From positions 5,603-69,602 of the IMG/VR virus record IMGVR_UViG_3300020474_000008: a stretch of 64,000 nucleotides of DNA, one strand, 5' to 3'. Made by a program: the position numbers and the translations under genes. The DNA is from a virus. The notes under the pieces are model-generated. The model was not told the origin of the DNA. It searched no databases and saw only the letters and a program-made list of their open reading frames with translations. Shown one piece after another: positions 8,134 to 18,263 of this stretch. Positions within the stretch are counted from its first letter, which is position 1; each line of letters opens with the position of its first letter.

Positions 8134-8934
8134 CTAGGTTGGGTTTTCACCCTGCTGTGATGGAGCAACTCTGCCAAGATAGGGATCATAGTCCATCACA
8201 TCATTTATGGACTGCTGTGCCCCTGCTTGGGACCACCAGTTCATTTGTGCATCATAGTTCCCTTTGTGGAATGCGTCAATGTGCTCAGGGTGGATAGAGG
8301 ACCCCAGTTCAAGGCGGTAAAGAAGAAGAGGAACAGCATAGGTGTTGCCTGAGTTGTATATGAGATCATCTGCTACTGGTCTTGGTCTGACTCCATTATC
8401 TAGTTTAAACTTATCTCCTCTACAATGTAAATTGATAAGTTTCTTAGCATGGTGTCTTGTAATCAGATAGCAGGCAGTAGAAAACTCATTCACAAATCTC
8501 TTGTGGATCCTTGTGAAGATATCTCCTGTGCAGATGATAGCAATCTGACAACAGTCCCAATCATAGGGCATCTTAGCCACAATGTCTTTCCATGTAAAGT
8601 TCCAATACTTTACAGTATCAAGACAGCAATCATCCTCCATCATGATTGCATAAGGAGCATCAGTTTCCTCATAGAACTTCTTAATCGCTTTAAGATGAGA
8701 GGTAGTACAACCTACCTCACCAGATGACATCATATCAGGGTATCTTCCTTTTAGGATGTGACCCAAATCATCATCTCTACCATCAAAAGCAGAGACTCTT
8801 TGATAGTCATTCACCTCCCAATACTTAAATTGATCCTCCATGTACTGCCATCTCTCTGGTTGCCCATCAAGATTGACGCAATAGATTGGACCCATCCCTT
8901 GGAGTTTATATGCTGCTTTATTTCTATCCATCAA
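8134..8934 (-). CDS. glycosyltransferase family 25
   Basis: YCVNLD...ERW, RVSAFDG, GEVGCTTSH, MEDD, STACYLI. Confidence 0.85.
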   Translation of the reverse strand: MMDRNKAAYKLQGMGPIYCVNLDGQPERWQYMEDQFKYWEVNDYQRVSAFDGRDDDLGHILKGRYPDMMSSGEVGCTTSHLKAIKKFYEETDAPYAIMMEDDCCLDTVKYWNFTWKDIVAKMPYDWDCCQIAIICTGDIFTRIHKRFVNEFSTACYLITRHHAKKLINLHCRGDKFKLDNGVRPRPVADDLIYNSGNTYAVPLLLYRLELGSSIHPEHIDAFHKGNYDAQMNWWSQAGAQQSINDVMDYDPYLGRVAPSQQGENPT

Positions 8935-9293
8935 TCTCCTGGAATAATACGATTACTATCTTCATCAAAGTGTTCAGTAGAAAACTCAAACACTTCTGTA
9001 TCTTGTAATGCTTTCATTCTATGCTTCATACCAGTGGGAACATGAAACTTGTCACCTTCACCCAGAGTAACACAGTATGCTAACTCAAGGTCATCGTGCC
9101 ATGAATAGTATACCACCAAAGTCCCCTTATGTACATAGAAGACCTCATCCTTTTTCTCATGGTAGTGCCAGGAGCACTGCTTACCTTTTGCAATAAACAA
9201 TAGTTTACCACAATACTTTTCACTATTTGCTATCCACTTTTCATATCCCCATCCCTTGGAGACAAACTTAATTGGATCTTTTGGTGAGTTCAT
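8931..9293 (-). CDS. cupin-fold sugar isomerase-like protein
   Basis: KGWGYE, SWHYHEKKDE, G.KH cupin motifs. Confidence 0.8.
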   Translation of the reverse strand: MNSPKDPIKFVSKGWGYEKWIANSEKYCGKLLFIAKGKQCSWHYHEKKDEVFYVHKGTLVVYYSWHDDLELAYCVTLGEGDKFHVPTGMKHRMKALQDTEVFEFSTEHFDEDSNRIIPGD

Positions 9294-9312
9294 TTTTGTT
9301 GATATTTATGGG

Positions 9313-10140
9313 TCACTTCAACACTCTATTATCAATGATTCTATTAGATACTAACACATCATGATATCTCTCATAGAAGGTTCTGGTATTCTTATGCTGT
9401 GATTTGTATGCCCAGAGGGGTAAATCACCACCAACTCTTGCTCCACTAGACCAGGACATTGGCTCCATATCAATAGTATAAGCACCACAAACTTTGCCAA
9501 GTTCAAGACGTGCCCTATACATAAGGTCATGATCATCCATATCACATGGGGCAAATGAATCATCAAGATAATTTAATTTTTTCAAATCATCTAAGTTCAT
9601 CATCAGAGGTCCCCTGTTAGCAGAAGATCTTACAGCAAAGATATCCCTAGACAAACCATGATTTACTGAGGCATGATCTACATGGTTGAGAATATCACAC
9701 CACCCTGTGACTGGCATATCAGGATTATGAAGATGAATTGAGTGGGGATTAACTTCCCAATTGTGAGAGCACATCGCAGTCACAGCAAAGACATCATAAA
9801 AATTATCAAAGGGTTTCTGCATCCTCTCATTCCAACCCTTCTCAGCAACAACCTGGTCATCCTGCACTACAATTACAAATTCTCCTTTGGATTCTTTGAA
9901 TGCAGCATTGTTTGTTCTGACTTCAAATACATCTGGAAGAACTATTGCTCTTACATTAGATCTATCAGTATATTTGTCTACAATTTTATCAGAATCATCA
10001 GTGCATCCATCAAGCATACAAAGAAGTTCATAGTCACCAGTGGTATTATTAATGATACCATCTAGAACTTTTTCCAAAAGAATCTCTCCTGTTGGAATCT
10101 GTCTGGCACTATTGTGTATTGTAACTATGATACTGTGCAT
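9313..10140 (-). CDS. glycosyltransferase family 2
   Basis: SIIVTIHN, DGCTDDS, QDD, DDHDLMYR. Confidence 0.85.
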   Translation of the reverse strand: MHSIIVTIHNSARQIPTGEILLEKVLDGIINNTTGDYELLCMLDGCTDDSDKIVDKYTDRSNVRAIVLPDVFEVRTNNAAFKESKGEFVIVVQDDQVVAEKGWNERMQKPFDNFYDVFAVTAMCSHNWEVNPHSIHLHNPDMPVTGWCDILNHVDHASVNHGLSRDIFAVRSSANRGPLMMNLDDLKKLNYLDDSFAPCDMDDHDLMYRARLELGKVCGAYTIDMEPMSWSSGARVGGDLPLWAYKSQHKNTRTFYERYHDVLVSNRIIDNRVLK

Positions 10141-10877
10141 TCCCACTCCTCCTTAATTTCATTCAAATAATAATCAATCTCACGACCATATCCTGCATCA
10201 CCTCTTTGATACCAATAGATGTAATTACATTCAACAAAATTTCTATACTCTGGTCCACCCACAGTGTAACCATTTCTGATTGCAAGATTAGTTAGGATAC
10301 TTTGATCATTGCGATGTTCTAAGAACCCAGGCAATTCTTCACCCAATGTGCTTGGATCATTGTTGATGCTGATCTCATCTTTACAACACTCTAAGTATTC
10401 TTCAATTGCTTTGATAGATTTATCACATACTCTCCATATCTGGAAACCTGCTTCTAAATGATTTGATTCATGGTATGCTGTATCATCACATCCCATTCTA
10501 ATAAAACAATCTCTCTTGGTTACAAATCTATTCTTTAATGGAGTTGTCAGTAACAATGAGATGTCTTGATCTTCTAGAATTGATTCTACATAACTAACCA
10601 AACCCTTAGAGAACATGTCTCCACAGTCAGCATAGATTACAAAGTCATTCTCCTCAGCAGATTTAAGCACCTCAAGAATATAATATGGTTTCCACAACCA
10701 ATACCCAGCACCAGTTTTTTGGTCAAGTATTTTTTTATTTTCTTGATAGAAGTTTGTTTGTACTAAATCCTCTCTTGTGAAGGGATGATGTACAAATTCT
10801 TCCTTATGCATTTGATGTAAGAACCTCTGCTGCTTTGCAAAGGTTTCATCAGCATATGATATCAGATGCCAATTCAT
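10125..10877 (-). CDS. putative glycosyltransferase-like protein
   Basis: GYWLWKP, YADCGD, HRNDQSILT; island context. Confidence 0.55.
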   Translation of the reverse strand: MNWHLISYADETFAKQQRFLHQMHKEEFVHHPFTREDLVQTNFYQENKKILDQKTGAGYWLWKPYYILEVLKSAEENDFVIYADCGDMFSKGLVSYVESILEDQDISLLLTTPLKNRFVTKRDCFIRMGCDDTAYHESNHLEAGFQIWRVCDKSIKAIEEYLECCKDEISINNDPSTLGEELPGFLEHRNDQSILTNLAIRNGYTVGGPEYRNFVECNYIYWYQRGDAGYGREIDYYLNEIKEEWECTVS

Positions 10878-11658
10878 TTATGTCTCTTTGTGAAAGTATG
10901 TAAGTACCTTGGTTTTGTACTGCAATAGCAGCTGCCTTATTGGCAAAAGGTATTGCTGTCTCAATTTTATTATGTATCAGATAATAATACACAAGGGCTG
11001 ACAAGAATGTGTCACCAGCACCACAAACATCAAATGTATTTACTTTGACACCAGGGTATAGTTTACCCTGGTACTCAGCACCTTTTGATCCCCTTGTGAT
11101 GATCATTCTGTCTGTGGTCTCACCCACCCTGGCATGTTCATACTCATTGATCTTGATGAATGCCTTGGTAGGAGGAACCATTGGTTTCTTTGTATCCACA
11201 AAGACTGGACCATCAAACCAATTTACAAGGTGATTAAGCATCTCTGCTGAGATGAATCCTTTGTTATAGTCAGAGATGACAAGAGCATCATACTTATTAT
11301 CTGGTAGGGTATAACCAAAGTCACCCACCTCATCTCTCTCATCAAGTCTCATAATCTGTTGATTTGATTTAAGATCAACATATCTGGTCTTGATGGGTTG
11401 CTCTTCATTGGTAATGATACTTACATTCATACCAAACGACAGAAGATTGTAGTAGACATTCCATGCCATACCACCAGTCCTCTCTTCTCTCTCCCATTTC
11501 AAGACAGGTACAGGTGCCTCAGGACTGATCCTATCAACAACACCATACACATATTTGTCTATACAGGAGTCACCTATAAGCAGAACCTTGAATTGTTTTT
11601 GTTGTTGAGTAACTTCCAATCCTTTTGAAGTATCTAACTTCTTTTGCATACTCTGCAC
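10849..11658 (-). CDS. HldE/RfaE domain I-like PfkB sugar (heptose-7-P) kinase
   Basis: RISPEAPVPV, GGMAWNV, SDYNKG, DVCGAGDTF; start uncertain. Confidence 0.88.
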   Translation of the reverse strand: MQSMQKKLDTSKGLEVTQQQKQFKVLLIGDSCIDKYVYGVVDRISPEAPVPVLKWEREERTGGMAWNVYYNLLSFGMNVSIITNEEQPIKTRYVDLKSNQQIMRLDERDEVGDFGYTLPDNKYDALVISDYNKGFISAEMLNHLVNWFDGPVFVDTKKPMVPPTKAFIKINEYEHARVGETTDRMIITRGSKGAEYQGKLYPGVKVNTFDVCGAGDTFLSALVYYYLIHNKIETAIPFANKAAAIAVQNQGTYILSQRDINELASDIIC

Positions 11659-11965
11659 CTACAACCTCTTTTCCTTTCCAATCAGAACCTACTATCAGTA
11701 TATCAGGTCGTATGGAATCTATCAATGACTCCAACTCAAACCTGCTGTTAAATGTATGTACCACATCAACCCCCTTAATAGACATCATCTGAAAGACTCT
11801 ATCTTCAAGAGGGTAGATTGGTCTAAGGTATCCCTTATCTTGGGCTACCTTATGATCTGAATCAAGTGCCACAATCAATGTGTCACCAAGAGAAGCAGCA
11901 TACTTGATTAACTCAAAGTGCCCTCTATGGAGGACATCAAAGCAACCATTGACAAATACAATCAT
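11570..11965 (-). CDS. HldE/RfaE domain II-like sugar-1-P nucleotidyltransferase
   Basis: NGCFDVLHRGH, DSD, KG..RP, GSDW, YSTT. Confidence 0.88.
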   Translation of the reverse strand: MIVFVNGCFDVLHRGHFELIKYAASLGDTLIVALDSDHKVAQDKGYLRPIYPLEDRVFQMMSIKGVDVVHTFNSRFELESLIDSIRPDILIVGSDWKGKEVVGAEYAKEVRYFKRIGSYSTTKTIQGSAYR

Positions 11966-12942
11966 GAGATCTTGTCATACCAATACTTCAACAAATCACT
12001 AAGTGTAGTATCAATATCATACTCTTCCTTGAACCCAGTCATTTCAACCAGGTTAGAAGAGTCACCATGTTGATAGTGAATCTCATGTGGACGCCAGAAG
12101 GGTTCATGAATCCTCTGCACTACATCATTCAAACCTGAAATCTCAATCAGTTTGTCAGTGAAATACTGCATCTGTCTGGGTGTATCACCGCAGATATTGA
12201 AGACATGGTTAGTCACATCTTCATTCATCATGGCAAGATAGTATGCTCTGACAGTATCACGCACATCCATCACAACTCTTGTTGTGCTGAGGTTACCAAT
12301 CAAAAGTTCTTTGACTTGATAACCCTTCATCATCCTAGCAATCTGATATGCATCAGATGAGATGGAGAAGATACGTCCTCTGCGTGGTCCAGTGTGAGAG
12401 AATGCTCTGGTGATGAATCCTTTTAAGAATCCATTGTTGAATCTCTCTTGGAGATACACATCAGTTGCTGCCTTAGAGGCACCATAGGGGTTGGAAGGAA
12501 CAATAGCATCATTCCAATGAATCTTACGTCCATCCTGTCCTACATTGCCATACACCTCTGATGTAGAGCAGAACATCACCTTACAGTCAGGTTGATGATC
12601 TTGAAGGACCTGGATAAGATTGGCACTACCCATGACATTAGTCTCCATTGTGCCAATAGGATCACGGAAACTAGTGGGTGGGTGAGACTGTGCTGCTAGG
12701 TGGAACACACCATCAAACTCATTCTCCTCAAAGACCTTACGCATGGAGCGATAGTTGGTCAGGTCTCCATACAGGAAAGTGATAGAGTTGTAAGCATCAT
12801 CAGGAACAACATCACGAATGTCACTCTCCATACCATTGGTACGACGAATGAGACCAAATACTTTATGCCCTTCACGATGAAGAAGGTTTGCTAGGTGAGC
12901 ACCAGCAAACCCTGAAATACCAGTAATTAAAAATCTTGCCAT
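11962..12942 (-). CDS. GDP-mannose 4,6-dehydratase-like SDR
   Basis: LITGISGFAG, HLAAQSH, STSEVYG, PYGASK, HTGPRR. Confidence 0.85.
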   Translation of the reverse strand: MARFLITGISGFAGAHLANLLHREGHKVFGLIRRTNGMESDIRDVVPDDAYNSITFLYGDLTNYRSMRKVFEENEFDGVFHLAAQSHPPTSFRDPIGTMETNVMGSANLIQVLQDHQPDCKVMFCSTSEVYGNVGQDGRKIHWNDAIVPSNPYGASKAATDVYLQERFNNGFLKGFITRAFSHTGPRRGRIFSISSDAYQIARMMKGYQVKELLIGNLSTTRVVMDVRDTVRAYYLAMMNEDVTNHVFNICGDTPRQMQYFTDKLIEISGLNDVVQRIHEPFWRPHEIHYQHGDSSNLVEMTGFKEEYDIDTTLSDLLKYWYDKIS

Positions 12943-12943
12943 A

Positions 12944-13681
12944 CTAATAAATTACATAGTTAATGTTGTCAAAGAAGAACAGTCCCCTTTCCTTATGATA
13001 ATTATACCACTTTTCTGGCATAACACAAATGCTGTCAAGGTCTGGGGCATAGTCTTTTACAGCAGAACTCATGTGACTAGCACCACTGCTTAATGTAAGT
13101 AATCCATATGATGATGCCATAAGATCACAGTATCTAAAAATACTTTCTACTTCAACACACCCATCATACTCAAGATCATATGAATTGCTAGATACTGACT
13201 TAACAAAATCAATAGAAAGAAACCTTTTGTCTGGATATTCCTTCTTCATATCCCCAAGGATATTTTTTAATTTGTTCTCATCATAACCAATAGTTGTAGA
13301 AGTGAAGTCAACAATAAACACATCCTTATATCCATCATGAATTTCTGGTTCATAATAAATTTTAGGATGACTGTTCACTGGTTCCAATCCATGAAACAAT
13401 TCCCAATTGGAAATCATATTGCCAGTGCCTTTACCATCCATACACAGTTCTTGATATGGAATGTCTGGTAGGTCACCTGCATTCCAAGATCCTGCTTTCT
13501 TTCCCTCTACATATGGATTTTTATCCCACACCAGATCATATATTTCTGGATTTCTAAAAGGTGCATCCTCTAAAATATATGTCTTTCTGTCCTGCTGTTT
13601 ATGAAACTCCTCTGGGAGAGTGGAGAACTGCAATGAATCACCAAGTCCACCATGCCATGATTTTAAATATACATCACTCAT
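12944..13681 (-). CDS. putative GT-B glycosyltransferase (GT9-like)
   Basis: N-terminal GGLGD and C-terminal SSGASHMS resemble the GT9 GD and DSGxxH motifs. Confidence 0.5.
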   Translation of the reverse strand: MSDVYLKSWHGGLGDSLQFSTLPEEFHKQQDRKTYILEDAPFRNPEIYDLVWDKNPYVEGKKAGSWNAGDLPDIPYQELCMDGKGTGNMISNWELFHGLEPVNSHPKIYYEPEIHDGYKDVFIVDFTSTTIGYDENKLKNILGDMKKEYPDKRFLSIDFVKSVSSNSYDLEYDGCVEVESIFRYCDLMASSYGLLTLSSGASHMSSAVKDYAPDLDSICVMPEKWYNYHKERGLFFFDNINYVIY

Positions 13682-14301
13682 TCCATCACCCAGACAATTT
13701 GATATCCCTCATGAATAGGTTTCATACCAATGTCATCCATAAAATCTTTCACATATGTTCCCTTAGCAATCTTCCCATCATTGGTAAAAAATGCATTGTG
13801 GTCATCAATACAGACAATAGAACCCTTACCTAACTTATCAATAGCAGCACACATCTCTTTCACATGATGTAGTTGAGATGGATGAGGGTCCTCCCTAATA
13901 ATATCAAAGGAATCAAGGTACAAGAAATCAATCTGTTTTTTTGGCAAGTTCCATAGGAAATCAACAGAGTCTTGACAATGTACTGTTGTCTTATCAGAGG
14001 TTAATTCATTTGCATAGTTTACATTATCCTCACAAATATCTACTGAATGAACTTCTCCATCATAGAAGTTAATGAAATCATCAAAAATATATGTGCTGGC
14101 ACCATCATCACCAAAAGCAAGATTGCCATGGTCTCTTCTCATACAACCAGTCTCTACAATCAAAAAGTTCTTATCTTCTTTCTGGTCCAGCAGTTCAAAG
14201 ATAATCTCAAAAGAGGATGCTCTATCTCTTACTGGATTACTACCTGCAGGTTTCAGCAATCTTGTATAGAATTTACTACTAAATCTCTTAGAATAAGTCA
14301 T
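13678..14301 (-). CDS. class I SAM-dependent methyltransferase
   Basis: IVETG, SVDI, DSVDFL, IDFLYLDS, IDD. Confidence 0.75.
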   Translation of the reverse strand: MTYSKRFSSKFYTRLLKPAGSNPVRDRASSFEIIFELLDQKEDKNFLIVETGCMRRDHGNLAFGDDGASTYIFDDFINFYDGEVHSVDICEDNVNYANELTSDKTTVHCQDSVDFLWNLPKKQIDFLYLDSFDIIREDPHPSQLHHVKEMCAAIDKLGKGSIVCIDDHNAFFTNDGKIAKGTYVKDFMDDIGMKPIHEGYQIVWVME

Positions 14302-14303
14302 GA

Positions 14304-15242
14304 TTAACCTCTAATACCTTTGCTTACAGTGATCCAGTTGTCAGGGATGAGGAAAGACTCATCAACAGTATGTGACTCAATACCATAAGCAGGTTTGTAA
14401 TATTGGAATGGTTTGGGTGCCACAATAGGTTGTGTGGGATTCTTAATCAGATAAGCACCCCACCAGGAGAATGTGCTTCTGGATAGAATACCACCATTAC
14501 AAAGTGACATTAGACACATATCAGTGTGTGGAACACAAGAGCGATGATACTCACCATCACCATCTCTATGGTTGTGCTCATACAACTCAACAGTCTCCCT
14601 GATTAAGAACCTATCATCAGAGAAGAAGTCCTGTTCTTGACACCATTCAACATCATCACTGGTGACAAAGACATAAGCATCATCATCAAAATGAGACAGT
14701 GCCTCTTCATAGTATTCCCAGGTAGGCATAGGGAACATATCCAAGTGCTTCTCAGTCCTGGTAGCATCACCTCTCCTTACATGTAGGAAGATCACCTTCT
14801 CAAAGTTAGACAAGAACTCCTTACAAGGTTCAAGGATTGTAGGTTTGAATGTAAGTTCTTCTAGGAGATTCTCTCTAATGTTCTCAAAGTATTTGTATGA
14901 TTGTAGATACCCATCAAGGTTTGTACCATCCTGAAAGTTGTCAAACAACTCCTTGTCAAATCCATATGACTTCTCTTGCACTGTCTGTACACCAGGATTC
15001 ATCATCTGAATGGTCTGGTCACTATAAATTGCCTGCATTGAGATGTTAGGATTGATGAATCCTACATGCTCCTGGGGGATAGTGAATGCCTCATGCATAC
15101 CATAGTTGGACTGGTTAGGTGCATCATCAGGTGGGATGACCCAATCATAACCATGATGTTCTGCAATACCCCTAAGCGCAGCATATTGGAAGAGTTGGTT
15201 GCCCATTCTTCCATTGCTACCTAAGCGATCATATCCAATCAT
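14304..15242 (-). CDS. glycosyltransferase family 11 (alpha-1,2-fucosyltransferase-like)
   Basis: GRMGNQLFQYA, GYLQSYKYF, LHVRRGD, STFSWWGAY. Confidence 0.92.
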   Translation of the reverse strand: MIGYDRLGSNGRMGNQLFQYAALRGIAEHHGYDWVIPPDDAPNQSNYGMHEAFTIPQEHVGFINPNISMQAIYSDQTIQMMNPGVQTVQEKSYGFDKELFDNFQDGTNLDGYLQSYKYFENIRENLLEELTFKPTILEPCKEFLSNFEKVIFLHVRRGDATRTEKHLDMFPMPTWEYYEEALSHFDDDAYVFVTSDDVEWCQEQDFFSDDRFLIRETVELYEHNHRDGDGEYHRSCVPHTDMCLMSLCNGGILSRSTFSWWGAYLIKNPTQPIVAPKPFQYYKPAYGIESHTVDESFLIPDNWITVSKGIRG

Positions 15243-16273
15243 TAATTCATTACTCCAAGCACTTTAATAATTTGTTTCTTAGAACCTATTGTGATTCTAA
15301 CACAGTCTTCAAGATTAACAAAGGAGCTCCTATCTCTGATAAGAATCTTGTTTTCTTTCATCTTATCTAGGAGAGTTTTTGCATCAGGTGTTTTCACCAA
15401 TACAAAATTAGCACTGCTATCAATGGCAGTATATTTGTTTGCCAAGTTGTCAATGAAGAACTTCTTGGCATCATTCATCTCATCAATCCTAGCATTCAGA
15501 TAATCAAGATCATCAAGTGCTGCTACACCACACAGTTGTGCCATGGCATTGACTGTCTTACCATTTCTAATCTTTCTAAGATTAAAAAGCAGGTCAGGAT
15601 GTGCCAGCACATACCCAAGTCTCACTGCTGCCAATCCAAATGCCTTAGAGAATGTTCTAGTTACAATCAGATTCTTATGTCCAATCACTAGATGAGCACA
15701 AGATTGTCTTGCAAACTCATAATATGCTTCATCTACCACAAATAATGTGTCTGGATTTGCTTGAAGCAACCCCTGAATGGTTGATACATCAATCAATTTA
15801 CCTGTTGGATTGTTAGGATTGACAATGTATACAACATCTTTATCAATACATTTCTCCCATTCATACTCATGACTACTAAGAGGATCAACAATTTGTTCCT
15901 TTACATAGTGGTCTGTATTGATAGAAATAAATGTATCTACCTGTGTATATGAAGGGGAATAGGTCAATACCTTTGTATCCTTATCCACAAACACAGTGAA
16001 AATGTCTTTCAAACCATCATCAGATCCATTATATACCTCAATAAAGTCTGATGGGAGAGAAACATACTCTGATAGTTTCTGCTTCAACTGAGAGGCACAG
16101 ATGTCAGGATATCTTTCATAGCGATAGAAGTTCTTCATCACCTCAAACACCTTGTTTGATGGTGGAAACTCTGACTCATTCCAATCAAAACATTCCCAAT
16201 CAGAAGATAGGTTAGACCTACCTCCTACATTATAAGGACTTAAAGAATCAACACTCTTTCTATTATTAATCAT
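15242..16273 (-). CDS. PLP-dependent aminotransferase, HisC-like
   Basis: NES, RYPD, NGSD, NPNNPTG, DEAYYEF, RTFSKAFGLAAVRLGY. Confidence 0.9.
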   Translation of the reverse strand: MINNRKSVDSLSPYNVGGRSNLSSDWECFDWNESEFPPSNKVFEVMKNFYRYERYPDICASQLKQKLSEYVSLPSDFIEVYNGSDDGLKDIFTVFVDKDTKVLTYSPSYTQVDTFISINTDHYVKEQIVDPLSSHEYEWEKCIDKDVVYIVNPNNPTGKLIDVSTIQGLLQANPDTLFVVDEAYYEFARQSCAHLVIGHKNLIVTRTFSKAFGLAAVRLGYVLAHPDLLFNLRKIRNGKTVNAMAQLCGVAALDDLDYLNARIDEMNDAKKFFIDNLANKYTAIDSSANFVLVKTPDAKTLLDKMKENKILIRDRSSFVNLEDCVRITIGSKKQIIKVLGVMN

Positions 16274-17544
16274 CAGTCAGGCAATGAAGAGTCTACTGTA
16301 AGAAGTTTTTCAGATGAGAAGATGCCCCAGTTATCAACCAGTTCTTTTCCCTCAACTTTAAGTGTAGCATATTTCTTTGTAGGATGCATGAAAACACACA
16401 CAGCAGACATGTCAATTGCCTCTTGTGGTGACACACACTTGTGAATGAGATCATTCAACCCATTGAGATTATTAAATGTCTCATCCAATTCATCAAAAGC
16501 ATAGATTTCTTTGCCCATCTTTGCAAGATCTGTAATCAATCTTGCTGATGGAGATCCAATTGTGACAGGAGAGTTTGGTTTAAATGATACACCAATAATG
16601 CCAACTGTTGGGTATTTACTACATCTATCCAAAAGGGATTGGTATACATTTTCATTAACCTCATTCGCGAATTCAAGATGCTTTGCTTCTTTGCCCCTAT
16701 CAGAGGCAAACTTAATGAAGGCAGATGTGTCCCTAGGAAAGCAAGTGCCACCAAATGGAGTGCCATACCCAAAGAAATGTGGTGAGATTCTCTTATCAAT
16801 ACCAATAGTGTCTGTGATTCTATGCACATCCACATTCTTCATACCATCACAACACTCACCAAGGAAGTTAGCAAAGGTAATCTTATTGACAATGAATGCA
16901 TTCAAGGCAACTTTTGCCACCTCTGTCTCTTCCAGTGTCAGGTATTTCTTAGGTGGATTGTTCTGATGCAAGTTACCAAAAATGCCATGGGCAATGCCTG
17001 CATCCTCCCAGTTGTTGGCACCAACAAGGAAGAACTCTGGGTTCATAAAGTCTTTAATGACATTACCTAGTCTCACAAAGTCAGGAACATAAGCAAAACC
17101 AAATCCTTCCTCAAACTTTCTTCCTGAAATCTTCTCAACAAGACTGATGAGTTTAGCAATAGTACCTGGAAGTACAGTAGATGATAGGATAATACAGTGA
17201 TAATCCTTATCACTCTTCTTCAAATTGACTGCAAGGTCAGTAAGTGCAGACTCTACAAACTCTGCTGAGTATCCAGTGTCACCCAGTTGTGTATTGACAA
17301 GGACAATTGTAGCCTCTGTCTCATTGATTGCTCTACTGTATGAATCAGTGAAGCCAAAGAAGTTTGTATGTGGAAAGATCTGAGACAACCCAGGTTCATA
17401 GAAGGGTAACTCCTGCTTGTTAAGTTTGTCAAGAACATATTCATTTTTATCTACACCAAGCACTCTGTTGCCTGCTTTTGCAAGACAACAGGCAAGAGGC
17501 AAACCTAGTTTACCAAGACCAACAAAGCTTACATTCATTCTCAA
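16273..17544 (-). CDS. UDP-glucose/GDP-mannose dehydrogenase family protein
   Basis: GLGKLGLP, SSTVLPG, FGGTCFPRD, GVSFKPN. Confidence 0.92.
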   Translation of the reverse strand: MRMNVSFVGLGKLGLPLACCLAKAGNRVLGVDKNEYVLDKLNKQELPFYEPGLSQIFPHTNFFGFTDSYSRAINETEATIVLVNTQLGDTGYSAEFVESALTDLAVNLKKSDKDYHCIILSSTVLPGTIAKLISLVEKISGRKFEEGFGFAYVPDFVRLGNVIKDFMNPEFFLVGANNWEDAGIAHGIFGNLHQNNPPKKYLTLEETEVAKVALNAFIVNKITFANFLGECCDGMKNVDVHRITDTIGIDKRISPHFFGYGTPFGGTCFPRDTSAFIKFASDRGKEAKHLEFANEVNENVYQSLLDRCSKYPTVGIIGVSFKPNSPVTIGSPSARLITDLAKMGKEIYAFDELDETFNNLNGLNDLIHKCVSPQEAIDMSAVCVFMHPTKKYATLKVEGKELVDNWGIFSSEKLLTVDSSLPD

Positions 17545-18263
17545 TACTCAATAATTGGACCAAAAACAGTAGACCCAGTGATTTGGGCTTCGCAATATCT
17601 ATCTTTATTCTTATCAATGATTTGTTTGACATAATCCATGTCAACTAAATCTGGATGCACCCACCAATCTTCAAAGGGAAGATTGTATTCTTGATTGTCA
17701 TTTACATCAGGGAACACAAGAACATAACCACGCTCTTCAAAGATTTTTCTAGAACCATCTCTCACCTTGTGAAAATTTTCATAGTCATAGGGTCTGCCCT
17801 GGTTCAGTGGACTACCACTATTGTGTGGACTGTTTGGTTCACCAACATAAATGTCATGCTCAAATGTGATTGTAGCAAACTTATGGTGGTCCATAACCTG
17901 ATCATTTAACTTTTGAAGCAAAGTTAAAGGACTCAACAAACCTGGTTCTAAATCAATTTGCAAGAAGTCAATTGTTTCAGGGACTTCAAGTTTTGAAAAT
18001 AGAAGTGCATAGTCATGATCCACTGCATCACCAATGATGTATGTAGTATCTTCACCCCTATGCTTCTCATATAGTGGTGCATACTTTTCTTCCCACTCAA
18101 ACATCAATCCTTTCCAACCATACTCACTTTCAAGCAAATATGTATTGTTATCATTGATAGGTTCTTGGGATCCAAACTCTAAGAAGTATCCATTCTTCTT
18201 AAACTTATTAACATTCAGGACAAATTTATCCTGTCCTGCTGCTCCATTATATTTGATAGTCAT
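17541..18263 (-). CDS. FkbM-like methyltransferase
   Basis: GQD, GYFLEFG, NTYLLE..GWKG, IDFLQIDLE, TFEHD, EDWWV. Confidence 0.75.
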   Translation of the reverse strand: MTIKYNGAAGQDKFVLNVNKFKKNGYFLEFGSQEPINDNNTYLLESEYGWKGLMFEWEEKYAPLYEKHRGEDTTYIIGDAVDHDYALLFSKLEVPETIDFLQIDLEPGLLSPLTLLQKLNDQVMDHHKFATITFEHDIYVGEPNSPHNSGSPLNQGRPYDYENFHKVRDGSRKIFEERGYVLVFPDVNDNQEYNLPFEDWWVHPDLVDMDYVKQIIDKNKDRYCEAQITGSTVFGPIIEY

